Positions 51,188-59,392 of a DNA stretch of 59,392 nucleotides are shown piece by piece. The position numbers and the translations under genes were made by a program. Positions within the stretch are counted from its first letter, which is position 1. The number at the start of each line of letters is the position of its first letter. Origin of the DNA: Actinomycetota bacterium (GTDB taxonomy: Bacteria > Actinomycetota > Thermoleophilia > Gaiellales > Gaiellaceae); assembly GCA_013697275.1 (NCBI GenBank), contig JACCXC010000001.1, forward strand, positions 1-59,392. Direction: 5' to 3'. The notes under the pieces were generated by a model. The model made no database searches. It was given only the letters and a program-made list of their open reading frames with translations, and was not told where the DNA came from.

Positions 51188-51952
51188 GTGATCCGACTCG
51201 GCCGCATCTCCTACGTCAACATGGCGCCGCTCTTCTTCCGGCTCGACGCGGCCGTCGAGGAGGTTCCGGGCGTCCCGACCGAGCTGAACCGCGCGCTCCT
51301 CGCGGGCGAGGTCGACGTCGCGCCCATCTCGTCCATCGAGTACGCGCGGCACGGCGACCGCCTGCGCATCCTTCCCCGCCTCTGCGTGTCCTCCGAAGGT
51401 GCGGTCGACTCGATCCAGCTGGTCTCACGCGCGCCGCTCGCCTCCATCAAAAGCGTCGCCGTCACACCCGAGAGCGCGACCTCGGTGGCCCTCGTTCGGA
51501 TTCTCCTGCCCGAGACCGAGCAAGTCCCGCTCGAGGAGCACGCCGACGCGCGCCTCCTGATCGGCGACGCTGCGCTTCAATCCATGTTCGAGGATCCCAC
51601 ACCCCATCACGACCTCGGCCGCCTGTGGCTCGAGCGCACCGGCCTCCCGATGGTCTACGCCGTTTTTGCGTGTGCCGAGCCGGCGCCCGAGGGGACCGCC
51701 GAGCTCGAGGACGCCCTCCTCGCCGCGCACCGCGCGGCGCGCGAGCGACCCGAGGAGCTCGCTCGGGAGGCGAGCGAGCGCTACGGCTATCCGCCCGGCT
51801 TCCTCGCGCGCTACTTCGAGAAGCTTCAGTACCGCTTCGGCCCGCGAGAGCGCGCCGGGCTCTGCACCTTCTTCGAGCTTGCTCGCGACGTCGGCGAGCT
51901 CTCGTCCGTACCTGACCTCCGTTTCCTCGCCACTGAGGCGGTCGCTGCGTGA
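51188..51952 (+). CDS. mqnA: chorismate dehydratase (futalosine pathway MqnA)
   Basis: 254 aa. The sequence RLGRISYVNMAPLFF..ELNRALLAGEVDVAPISSIEY matches the VitK2_biosynth/MqnA pattern. Confidence 0.8.
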   Translation: MIRLGRISYVNMAPLFFRLDAAVEEVPGVPTELNRALLAGEVDVAPISSIEYARHGDRLRILPRLCVSSEGAVDSIQLVSRAPLASIKSVAVTPESATSVALVRILLPETEQVPLEEHADARLLIGDAALQSMFEDPTPHHDLGRLWLERTGLPMVYAVFACAEPAPEGTAELEDALLAAHRAARERPEELAREASERYGYPPGFLARYFEKLQYRFGPRERAGLCTFFELARDVGELSSVPDLRFLATEAVAA

Positions 51953-53034
51953 GGTCGGCCGAGGTCCTGGACAAGGCGCTTTCGGGTGAGCGGATTTCGG
52001 AGGACGACGCGCTCGCCCTGCTCCGCGGCCGCGACCTCGTGGCGGTCGGCCGCGCGTCCGACGAGCTGCGAAACCGCCGCGTCGACCCTGACCGGATCAC
52101 GTTCGTGATCGACCGCAACGTGAACTACACGAACATCTGTCACACCGACTGCGACTTTTGCGCCTTCTACCGCCGACCGGGCGACCGCCGCGAGGGCTAC
52201 CTCTTGCCGAAGCCGGTCATCTTCCGGAAGATCGAGGAGACGCTTGCTCTGGGCGGCACCGCCCTCCTCATGCAAGGCGGACACCACCCTGACCTCGGCG
52301 TCGACTTCTACGTCGACCTTTTCACCTCGATCAAGGCGCGCTACCCGATCCATCTGCACGCGCTCTCGCCCCCAGAGGTGCAGCACATCGCCCGCCGCTC
52401 GAAGCTGACGGTCCCGCAGACGCTCTCACAGCTCCGCGACGCAGGCTTGGACTCCCTCCCGGGCGGCGGCGCCGAGATCCTCGTCGATCGCGTGCGCGAC
52501 ATCATCAGCCCGAAGAAGACGAAGTCGGCCGACTGGCTCGGCGTCATGCGGGAGGCGCATCGACTGGGCATGTCGACGACCGCGACGATGATGTACGGCC
52601 ACGTCGAAACGATCGAGGAGCGGGTCGAGCACATGCGCAAGATCCGTGCCCTCCAGGACGAGCTGGGCGGCTTCCGCGCCTTCATCTCCTGGACGTTCCA
52701 GTCCGACGGCAACCGTCTCGCGGGCAAGGTGCCGAAGGAGCGCATGCCGACGTCCTTCGACTACCTCCTGACGCAGGCGGTGAGCCGGATCTACCTCGAC
52801 AACGTCGACCACATCCAGTCGAGCTGGGTCACGCAGGGAATGAAGGTCGGTCAGGTCGCGCTCGCCTTCGGCGCGGACGACATGGGCTCGATCATGATCG
52901 AGGAGAACGTTGTCTCGGCGGCCGGAACGACTCATCGTGCGTCCACCGAGGACTTCGTGCGGGCGATCAAGGCACTTGGCAAGACCCCGGTCCAGCGGGA
53001 CACGCTCTACCGGGACGTCCGGGTCTGGAATTAG
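51949..53034 (+). CDS. mqnC: radical-SAM menaquinone (futalosine-pathway) enzyme, most likely cyclic dehypoxanthine futalosine synthase
   Basis: 361 aa with its start in a GTGA overlap. Motifs are NYTNICHTDCDFCAFYR, LLMQGGHHPDL and GGAEIL. Confidence 0.65.
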   Translation: MRSAEVLDKALSGERISEDDALALLRGRDLVAVGRASDELRNRRVDPDRITFVIDRNVNYTNICHTDCDFCAFYRRPGDRREGYLLPKPVIFRKIEETLALGGTALLMQGGHHPDLGVDFYVDLFTSIKARYPIHLHALSPPEVQHIARRSKLTVPQTLSQLRDAGLDSLPGGGAEILVDRVRDIISPKKTKSADWLGVMREAHRLGMSTTATMMYGHVETIEERVEHMRKIRALQDELGGFRAFISWTFQSDGNRLAGKVPKERMPTSFDYLLTQAVSRIYLDNVDHIQSSWVTQGMKVGQVALAFGADDMGSIMIEENVVSAAGTTHRASTEDFVRAIKALGKTPVQRDTLYRDVRVWN

Positions 53035-53040
53035 TGAAGG

Positions 53041-53061
53041 CGCTTCCCAATTCGGGAAGCG
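53041..53061 (+). terminator. hairpin after mqnC (weak terminator candidate)
   Basis: CGCTTCCC-aattc-GGGAAGCG is followed by TGTGCTTTCC. Confidence 0.3.
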
Positions 53062-53087
53062 TGTGCTTTCCTGGTTCGGGGTCTTCG

Positions 53088-54743
53088 ATGCGCCGCTTCC
53101 TTGTCGCATCCGTTTTCGCGTCGCTCTTGCCGGTCGGCGGAGCCTTGGCGACGCCGTACCCGCTTCCGCCCGAGCCGTCCGCTCCCTACGTGAGCCGGGC
53201 CCCGCTTCCGCCGCCATCGACCCTTCACGCCCGGCCGGCGGACGATGCGGCCGCGATCTCGCGCGGGCTTCGTGCGGCCGTCGTTGCCGGTCGGCTCTCG
53301 AGAGCCGAAGCGGAGGAGTATCGGGCGGTCGTCCGCCGGGCGCGCGCGGCAATCGGGCGGCTTCCGAGCTCCCGCAGCTCGATCATCGGGCGTGTCCTCC
53401 ACCAGGTGCGAATCCAGGCGTCCGCGTTCAACAGAGCCCGGGCGCTCACGCTCTTCTCCATGCTCGAGCAGAATGCGACCTACCTCTCGCGGCGGGGTCT
53501 GCCTGGGAACGAGACCGACGTCGTCGGGAAGTACGGGATCGTCTATCGCGTCGGCTGGGGGTACGGCCTCCAGTTCCACCCACTCGCGAACGTGATCGCG
53601 CTGAACGCGCACCTCTACGCGGACCGGCGCGAGCGGGCGATCCGGCTTGCGTCCGCCCTCGCCTCCCGGGCCGTCCCGACGTCGCAGGGGGCCGTCTGGG
53701 AGTACTACTTCCCCTACGCAGGGGGCTCGCCTCCCTGGACGTCCGGGATGGCCCAGGCGATCGGGGCGCAGGCTTTCGCCCGGACGGCCCGGCGCTTGAC
53801 GGCTCCCCACTTTTTCGAGACCGCGGGGCGGGCGTATCGTGCGATCCCGGGTCGCCTGGCCTTCCAGGTTTCGACCGGCCCCTGGATCCGGCTCTACAGC
53901 TTCAGCGGGCTCGTCGTCATGAACGCCCAGCTCCAGTCGGCGCTCTCGCTCGTCGATTACGGGCGGATCACCGACGACGTCGAGGCGATCGGGCTCGGTG
54001 ACCGCCTGGAGGACGCCGCCCGCAACCTGATGCCACGCTTCGACACCGGTCACTGGACGAACTACTCCCCGGGCAGCGAGGCGCCGCTCAAGTACCACCT
54101 CTACCACGTGGAGCTCGCGGAGGCGCTTGCCGGGCGGACGAACGCCGATTTCTGGCGAAGCGCGCACGCGCGCTTCGACCGCTACAGCCACGAGCCGCCC
54201 GTCTTCAAGTCGGGTCCGGAGCGCGCGACGCTCTACCCCTGGCCGTCGGACGGCTACCGGGACAGCTCGAGGATCTCCCTCTGGGTCTCGAAGATCTCGA
54301 CGGTCAGCGTGACGGTGGGCGGGGAGACGCGCCGGCTTGGTCTTTCGCGGCGCGGCTGGCAGGCCTTCACGTGGAGCCCGGGCCGTCGCCAGGCCGGCAT
54401 CTACCGGCCGGTCGTCACCGCGGTCGATCTCGCGGGGAACCGGGGTCGCGGGGAGCTTCGGCCGCTGCGGATCGCGATCGACCGCGATCCGCCCAAGGTC
54501 TCGGTAAACGTGACGGGCCGGCGCCTCACCTGGCGTGCTACGGACAACGCCACGCCGTGGGTGCGCCTGACCCTTCGCCTGGAGCGCGGGGCCGAGGCGC
54601 GGATCGCGGCCCTCGGCCGCCGGCCGCTTTCCGGATCACTTCGCTTGCCCATTCCGGCCGGGCGCTGGGAGGGCACGCTCGTCGTCGCGGACTCGAGCCG
54701 AAACCGCACTAGGATCGCGCTCGGAAGCCTGCCAGCTGGCTAG
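53088..54743 (+). CDS. secreted protein with a D-glucuronyl C5-epimerase-like domain and C-terminal Ig-like modules
   Basis: 551 aa from ATG 53088. The signal peptide is MRRFLVASVFASLLPVGGALA. The C5-epimerase C-terminal pattern is YYFPYAGGSPPWTSGMAQAIGAQAFARTA. The C-terminal beta-rich modules contain VTAVDLAGNRG. Confidence 0.6.
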   Translation: MRRFLVASVFASLLPVGGALATPYPLPPEPSAPYVSRAPLPPPSTLHARPADDAAAISRGLRAAVVAGRLSRAEAEEYRAVVRRARAAIGRLPSSRSSIIGRVLHQVRIQASAFNRARALTLFSMLEQNATYLSRRGLPGNETDVVGKYGIVYRVGWGYGLQFHPLANVIALNAHLYADRRERAIRLASALASRAVPTSQGAVWEYYFPYAGGSPPWTSGMAQAIGAQAFARTARRLTAPHFFETAGRAYRAIPGRLAFQVSTGPWIRLYSFSGLVVMNAQLQSALSLVDYGRITDDVEAIGLGDRLEDAARNLMPRFDTGHWTNYSPGSEAPLKYHLYHVELAEALAGRTNADFWRSAHARFDRYSHEPPVFKSGPERATLYPWPSDGYRDSSRISLWVSKISTVSVTVGGETRRLGLSRRGWQAFTWSPGRRQAGIYRPVVTAVDLAGNRGRGELRPLRIAIDRDPPKVSVNVTGRRLTWRATDNATPWVRLTLRLERGAEARIAALGRRPLSGSLRLPIPAGRWEGTLVVADSSRNRTRIALGSLPAG

Positions 54744-54763
54744 ATTCCGGCTACCATGCGCGG

Positions 54764-55432
54764 GTGGGAGGACTGACCGAAGCGATCACCTCGTGGATCG
54801 CTGATTACGGCCTGTACGCCATCTTCATCCTCTCGCTCCTCGACGCAGTTCTGCCTGCCGCGAGCGAGCTCGTGATGGTCTACGGAGGGGCTCTCGCAGC
54901 CGGCGCCTTCTCGGCCGAGCGGGTGAACCTCGCGGGCGATCCGATCGAATCCACTCTGTGGGCCTTCCTCGCAGTCGCCGTTGCGGGTACGGTCGGTTAC
55001 ATCCTCGGCTCGATTGGCGGCTGGGCGATCGGGCTCTACGGCGGCCGTCCCTATCTCGAGCGCCATGGGCGCTGGCTCCACCTGACCCCGGACAAGCTCG
55101 ACGAGGCCGAGCGCTGGTTCGAGCGTTGGGGAAACACGGCCGTCCTCGTCTCGCGCTGCCTGCCGCTCGTGCGCTCCTTCATCTCGATCCCTGCCGGGGT
55201 CGCGCAGATGCCGCTCGCGCGCTACACCGGGTTGACTACCCTCGGAACGATCCCGTGGTACTTCGGCCTCGCCGCGATCGGGGTCGCTGCAGGCGCAAGC
55301 TGGGAGCGCGTACACGAGAGCTGGCACTACGCCGACTACGCGATCATTGCGCTCCTCGCGGCCGCGCTCGCCCTGTTCGTAGCCCGGACATACCGCAAGC
55401 GCACCCGCCGCCGCGCAATGGAGTCCGCATGA
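54764..55432 (+). CDS. DedA-family (SNARE-associated) membrane protein
   Basis: 222 aa. The sequence reads YGLYAIFILSLLDAVLPAASELVMVYGG..NTAVLVSRCLPLVRSFISIPAGVAQMP. Confidence 0.85.
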   Translation: MGGLTEAITSWIADYGLYAIFILSLLDAVLPAASELVMVYGGALAAGAFSAERVNLAGDPIESTLWAFLAVAVAGTVGYILGSIGGWAIGLYGGRPYLERHGRWLHLTPDKLDEAERWFERWGNTAVLVSRCLPLVRSFISIPAGVAQMPLARYTGLTTLGTIPWYFGLAAIGVAAGASWERVHESWHYADYAIIALLAAALALFVARTYRKRTRRRAMESA

Positions 55433-56997
55433 GGCTCGCCCGCGTCCTCGCGCTCCTTCTCTCGCTGGCAGCGTTGGCGGCACCTGCCGCTTCGGCCCAT
55501 CACCCCGCAGGAGTGCCCGCGGAGGACGCTGCGCGAGGCCTCGAGTACGACGGCCTTCGCCCCGCCACGGCCGACGGGCCTTGCAACGGAGTGGGATACG
55601 AGCTCACTGCCGGGGTTCGGATCGGCTGCACGCATGGCCCCGATCCCGCACCCGCCGGCGTCGACGTGCGCGAGACCCCCTCGCTTGCAGAGCTTCGGGC
55701 CAGCACGGAGGCCGCCGCGCCGGTGCCCTGTATCGGCGACGGGACCTCCGGGATGCGGGTGCAGGCAATCTACGCGCGCCCCTCGGACCGCCCGAGCCAG
55801 TACGCAACGGTCGAGCCGCTCATCCAGGGCTGGTCTGCGGAGATGAACGACATGGTCCGAGCCAGCGCGCGCGGAGCGCGCGACGTTCGCTTCGTGACAG
55901 ACGAGGCGTGTCGGGCGACCGTCCTGAACGTGACAGTCACTCCAAACGCCGCGGAGAACTTCGAGGCGACGATCCAGGAGCTCGCGCTGCAGGGCTTCGT
56001 CAGGAACGACCGCAAGTACCTCGTCTGGATGGATGCTTCGAAGTACTGCGGAATTGCAGGGATGTACCCGGACTCCCGTGTGAGGCAGCTGAACCGAAAC
56101 AACGGCCCGCTCGGCGTGGCGGCGCTCGTCGCGCGAGTCGATACCGGCTGCTGGGACGGCCACACCGCGACACACGAGCTGGTGCACACGCTGGGTGCCG
56201 TCCAGGGTGGGTCGCCGAACGCGACCGCTTACGGACACTGCACCGACGAGTACGACGTCATGTGTTACACCGACGGGGCGGGGACTATGCTTCGCATCGT
56301 CTGCTTCCCGCGCTCGACCTATGAAGCCCGGCTGGACTGCAACGGAGACGATTACTTCAACGTCTCACCGGCGCCGGGCAGCTGGCTCGGGCTCCACTGG
56401 AACGTGGCGAACAGCGTGTTCCTAGAGGGAGGCGTTGTGCCGCCGCCTCCCGCGGCTCCGACCGCCCTGCGTGCGACGAGCGCGGGACAGACGCAGCTCG
56501 CCTTCGAGTGGGCCTCAGTCTCCGGTGCTGTTGCGTATGGCATTTCGCTTGATGGGATGGTGCGAGAGAACACCGGATTCCCGAGGATCGAGCTCAACGG
56601 CCTCCCTTGCGGGTGCTCCTTCGAGCTCGGGGTGGAGGCCCTTGACGCACGCGGCGAAACCTCGGCGCGTGCCGTCGCGTCTGCGTCGACGCTCGCGTGC
56701 CCCGATCGCCAGCCGCCCGTCGTCACGCCTCGCGCCGTTTCGGGCAAGCGCGGACAGTTCATCAAGCTCCGCTACGGGGTGTCGGACGCCGCCCACACTC
56801 GCGAGACCATTTCGATTTACCGGGGGACGACCCGCACGAAGACGTTGACGACAGCCTTCGGCCCGAGCACGAGCGGCCAGTCGGTCAGGTGGAGGATTCC
56901 CGCGAACGCGAAGGGCCCCCTTCGGTTCTGCGTCCGGGCCGCCGACCGCGCCGGCAATCCCAGCGAGACGCGCTGCGCTCCGATCCGCCTCCCCTAG
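55429..56997 (+). CDS. secreted HExxH zinc-metalloprotease-like protein with FN3 and Ig-like C-terminal modules
   Basis: 522 aa from the ATG in an ATGA overlap. The signal peptide is MRLARVLALLLSLAALAAPAASA. The metal site is HTATHELVHTLG, followed by GHCTDEYDVMCY. The FN3-like segment is APTALRATSAGQTQLAFEWASVSGAVAYG. The C-terminal module contains VRAADRAGNPSE. Confidence 0.6.
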   Translation: MRLARVLALLLSLAALAAPAASAHHPAGVPAEDAARGLEYDGLRPATADGPCNGVGYELTAGVRIGCTHGPDPAPAGVDVRETPSLAELRASTEAAAPVPCIGDGTSGMRVQAIYARPSDRPSQYATVEPLIQGWSAEMNDMVRASARGARDVRFVTDEACRATVLNVTVTPNAAENFEATIQELALQGFVRNDRKYLVWMDASKYCGIAGMYPDSRVRQLNRNNGPLGVAALVARVDTGCWDGHTATHELVHTLGAVQGGSPNATAYGHCTDEYDVMCYTDGAGTMLRIVCFPRSTYEARLDCNGDDYFNVSPAPGSWLGLHWNVANSVFLEGGVVPPPPAAPTALRATSAGQTQLAFEWASVSGAVAYGISLDGMVRENTGFPRIELNGLPCGCSFELGVEALDARGETSARAVASASTLACPDRQPPVVTPRAVSGKRGQFIKLRYGVSDAAHTRETISIYRGTTRTKTLTTAFGPSTSGQSVRWRIPANAKGPLRFCVRAADRAGNPSETRCAPIRLP

Positions 56998-57007
56998 ACT
57001 CATCGCC

Positions 57008-58135
57008 GTGAGCATCCCGCTCGTCGACGTGCGCGCACAGTACGCGCCTCTTCGCTCGGCCATCCTCGAGCGCTTCGCCGGCGTTCTCGACTCCGGTCAC
57101 TTCATCCTGGGGCCGAACGTGCGGGACTTCGAGCACGAGGCTGCGGCTTATCTCGGGACGAGCCAGACGGTCGGGGTCGCCAACGGCACGGATGCGATCG
57201 CGCTCGTGCTCGACACCCTCGGGATCGGTTCCGGCGACGAGGTGATCTGCCCCGCCTTCACGTTCTACGCGACGGTCGAGCCGCTGCTGCACCGGGGCGC
57301 GGTGCCCGTCTTCTGCGACATCGACGGGCTCACGCTGAACCTCGACACGGCCGACGTTGCCGCACGCGTGACCGAGCGGACGAAGGCGATCATCGCGGTG
57401 CATCTCTTCGGGCGGCCCGCTCCGCTCGACGAGCTCCCTGAGGGGATTCCCGTGATCGAGGACGCCGCGCAGGCATTCGGCGCCCGGCTCGGCGACCGCC
57501 GCGTGGGATCGATCGGCCGCGCCGCGACCTTCAGCTTCTTCCCGACGAAGAATCTCTTCGCCCTCGGCGACGGCGGACTCGTAGCGACGAGCGACGATGA
57601 GCTCGCGGACACGGTGCGCCGCCTTCGCTTCCACGGCTCGCGCGACAAGCAGACGTTCGAGCTCGCGGGCTACAACTCCCGTCTCGACGAGCTGCAGGCG
57701 GCCGTCCTGCGCCTCTTCCTCCAGGAGCTCGACGGCTGGAACGAAGCCCGTCGCGAAGCGGCGGCGCGCTACGGCGAGCTCGGGCTCGGCGATCTGGTCG
57801 AGCTACCTGAGGACGAGCCGGGCCACGTGTACCACATGTACGTCGTCAGAAGCCCGGAACGCGACCGTGTGCTCGAGCGCCTGAAAGCGGAAGCGATCGG
57901 CTGCGCGAGCTACTACTCGCGACCGCTGCATCTCCAGCCGGCTCTTGCCTTCCTCGGCCATGAGCCGGGCTCGCTGCCAGAGACCGAGCGCGCGGCTGCC
58001 GAGAACCTGGCGCTGCCGCTCTGGGCTGGGATCGAAGCGGCCGACCAGGAGCGAGTCGTCGACGTGATCAGCGAGGTCTTTGGTGCGAGGCCAGCCCTGA
58101 GCGGCCGAGCCGGATCCGCGCACGCAGCGTCCTGA
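57008..58135 (+). CDS. DegT/DnrJ/EryC1/StrS-family PLP-dependent sugar aminotransferase
   Basis: 375 aa. Motifs are PLVDVRAQY, GVANGTDA, VIEDAAQAFG and the PLP-Lys motif FSFFPTKNL. Confidence 0.9.
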   Translation: MSIPLVDVRAQYAPLRSAILERFAGVLDSGHFILGPNVRDFEHEAAAYLGTSQTVGVANGTDAIALVLDTLGIGSGDEVICPAFTFYATVEPLLHRGAVPVFCDIDGLTLNLDTADVAARVTERTKAIIAVHLFGRPAPLDELPEGIPVIEDAAQAFGARLGDRRVGSIGRAATFSFFPTKNLFALGDGGLVATSDDELADTVRRLRFHGSRDKQTFELAGYNSRLDELQAAVLRLFLQELDGWNEARREAAARYGELGLGDLVELPEDEPGHVYHMYVVRSPERDRVLERLKAEAIGCASYYSRPLHLQPALAFLGHEPGSLPETERAAAENLALPLWAGIEAADQERVVDVISEVFGARPALSGRAGSAHAAS

Positions 58136-58881
58136 GCGCGCCTCGAGGAGCCGCTTCTCGCCGGGTCGCGGTCGCGGCGCTTGTCCTTGCACTCCTCGCC
58201 GCCTCCGCGACCGCCTTCGCCGTGGCGCAGCGCCTCAAGCTCCAGCGGGCGCCGGTCACCCAACCGCGCTTCACCCGCGTCTTCGGCCCGACCTGTGAAT
58301 GCGACAAGGCCACGGCGCAGCTCTCCGTGCGGCTGCGCCGCGCCGATCGTCTGGGCGCGGCGATCGTGAACGTCGACGGCGAGCCCGTGCGCACTCTCGC
58401 CACCGGTCTCGAGCGCCCGCGCGGTCGCACGCGGCTCACGTGGGACGGCCGCGACGACGCCGGTCGGGTTGTCCCCGAAGGCCGCTATCGCCTGCGCCTC
58501 CGACTCGAGCGTGCAGACCGGACGATCGTCGTCCCGACACCCGTTCGCGTGGACACGACAGCGCCGCGCGTGGAGCTCCTCTCCTTGAAGCCGCGCGCGA
58601 TCTCGCCGGACGGAGACGGCCGCGCGGACCGGGCCCGCTACACGTACCGCTCGAGCGAGTTCGGCTACCCGGTCGTCTACGTGAACGGGGAATACACGGC
58701 GCGCGGGCGGCACTGGCCGGCCGGGATCGGGAAGGCACAGTGGCGCGCGGGCGCGGGGGACGGCACGTTTCTTCCCGCTGGCACGTACCAGACCTACCTG
58801 CAGGTTGTGGATGTCGCAGGCAACCGCTCTGAGCCGACCGAGACCGTGGCGGTGCGGATCCGCTTCACCGAGCTGCCATGA
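58132..58881 (+). CDS. membrane-anchored protein with FlgD-Ig-like / bacterial Ig-like modules; probable CTG start
   Basis: The first canonical start, GTG 58222, lies after an in-frame hydrophobic anchor (RRVAVAALVLALLAASATAFA). CTG 58132-58134 overlaps the DegT TGA 58133-58135. Module motifs are LTWDGRDDAGRVVPEGRYRLRL and LQVVDVAGNRSEP. Confidence 0.55.
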   Translation: MSAPRGAASRRVAVAALVLALLAASATAFAVAQRLKLQRAPVTQPRFTRVFGPTCECDKATAQLSVRLRRADRLGAAIVNVDGEPVRTLATGLERPRGRTRLTWDGRDDAGRVVPEGRYRLRLRLERADRTIVVPTPVRVDTTAPRVELLSLKPRAISPDGDGRADRARYTYRSSEFGYPVVYVNGEYTARGRHWPAGIGKAQWRAGAGDGTFLPAGTYQTYLQVVDVAGNRSEPTETVAVRIRFTELP

Positions 58882-59312
58882 GGCGCGAGCTCCCGGGCGG
58901 CGTGGAGATCGACGACGACGCCGGCCGCATCGACGTCGCGGAGGTGCACCGCTTCCTCTCCCATAAGTCGTACTGGGCGCGCGGCCGTCCCCGCGACGTC
59001 GTCGAGCGCCTCGTGTCGGAATCGGCTCGCGTCGTCGGCCTGTATGAGGGAGAGCGTCAGATCGGCTTTGCACGCGCGGTCTCGGACGGCGTGGCGATTG
59101 CTTACCTCGCGGACGTCTACGTGCTCCCCGAGGTCCGCGGCCGGGGCCTGGGAGTCGAGCTCGTGCGCGAGATGGTGGACGGCGGCCCGCTTGCGCACTG
59201 CCGCTGGGTTCTCCATACGGCCGACGCCCACCGCCTCTATGAGCGATTAGGCTTCCGCCCGCCCGACGACCCGTCCCTCATGGTTCGCCCGGCGCCGACT
59301 AGCGGCAGCTAG
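58878..59312 (+). CDS. GNAT-family N-acetyltransferase
   Basis: 144 aa with its start in an ATGA overlap. The acetyl-CoA motif is VLPEVRGRGLGVELVREMV. Confidence 0.85.
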   Translation: MRRELPGGVEIDDDAGRIDVAEVHRFLSHKSYWARGRPRDVVERLVSESARVVGLYEGERQIGFARAVSDGVAIAYLADVYVLPEVRGRGLGVELVREMVDGGPLAHCRWVLHTADAHRLYERLGFRPPDDPSLMVRPAPTSGS

Positions 59313-59392
59313 CGCAGAGACCCGCCACCTCGAGCCGGTGCGCGGTGGCGACGAAGCCGTGCTCGGCTGAGAGGCGCTGGAGCCACGGGTCG

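Noticed and set aside
1-59392. A search for CRISPR arrays, rRNA, tRNA, IS elements, integrases, toxin-antitoxin pairs or classic defence genes.
   Set aside because: There is no periodic repeat-spacer structure. No intergenic gap exceeds about 165 nt. No transposase, integrase, Cas, restriction or abortive-infection signatures appear in any ORF translation.
59299-59392. A possible minus-strand gene 3' end at the right edge, reading ..DPWLQRLSAEHGFVATAHRLEVAGLCASCR then a stop.
   Set aside because: Only about 30 codons are visible, with no start and no recognisable motif. This is too little to support a feature call.

Overview
This is a gene-dense, high-GC (roughly 70% by eye) chromosomal segment with an actinobacterial or Thermoleophilia-like style. 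It has many 4-nt NTGA stop/start overlaps, very short or absent 5' leaders and few intergenic gaps. I found no rRNA, tRNA, CRISPR array, transposase or integrase. All calls come from reading the ORF translations and the DNA by eye, with no searches run. The content, in order, is as follows. (1) A thiolase 3' fragment and a frame-broken PQQ sugar dehydrogenase. (2) A large purine-catabolism cluster (3.5-14.8 kb): purine permease, AllC-like amidohydrolase, DUF3830, PuuD-like membrane urate hydroxylase, OHCU decarboxylase, HIU hydrolase, guanine/8-oxoguanine-type deaminase, adenine deaminase and a three-subunit xanthine dehydrogenase. (3) Three crotonase genes, ltrA, paaABCD and a divergent TetR (15.3-24.1 kb), interrupted by an XRE / membrane zinc-ribbon / lipoprotein operon. 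(4) A lipid kinase and a protein with tandem Cys-bracketed repeats. (5) A 2-oxoacid dehydrogenase E1a-E1b-E2 operon with a stand-alone HIRAN gene between E1b and E2. (6) A Clp-fold SDH protease, a Cys-less thioredoxin and a CHRD protein in a row. (7) Envelope glycosylation genes: AlkP-family enzyme, pcm, GtrA, a PepSY-fused GT-C enzyme and DUF2029. (8) ymdB, an M23 peptidase, an ABC-2 transporter and an endolysin-like M15 peptidase. (9) A respiratory-quinone supercluster (41.9-53.0 kb): hemB, ubiD, qcrABC, ubiX, ubiE, polyprenyl synthase and mqnE/A/C. (10) A cell-surface cluster: C5-epimerase-like protein, DedA, an HExxH-FN3 protease, DegT, an Ig-like protein and GNAT. I see no clear-cut named novel system. 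The most interesting items are apparent non-canonical initiation codons (ATT twice, CTG in CTGA overlaps), the HIRAN insertion, the XRE / zinc-ribbon / lipoprotein module and the tandem-repeat Cys protein.
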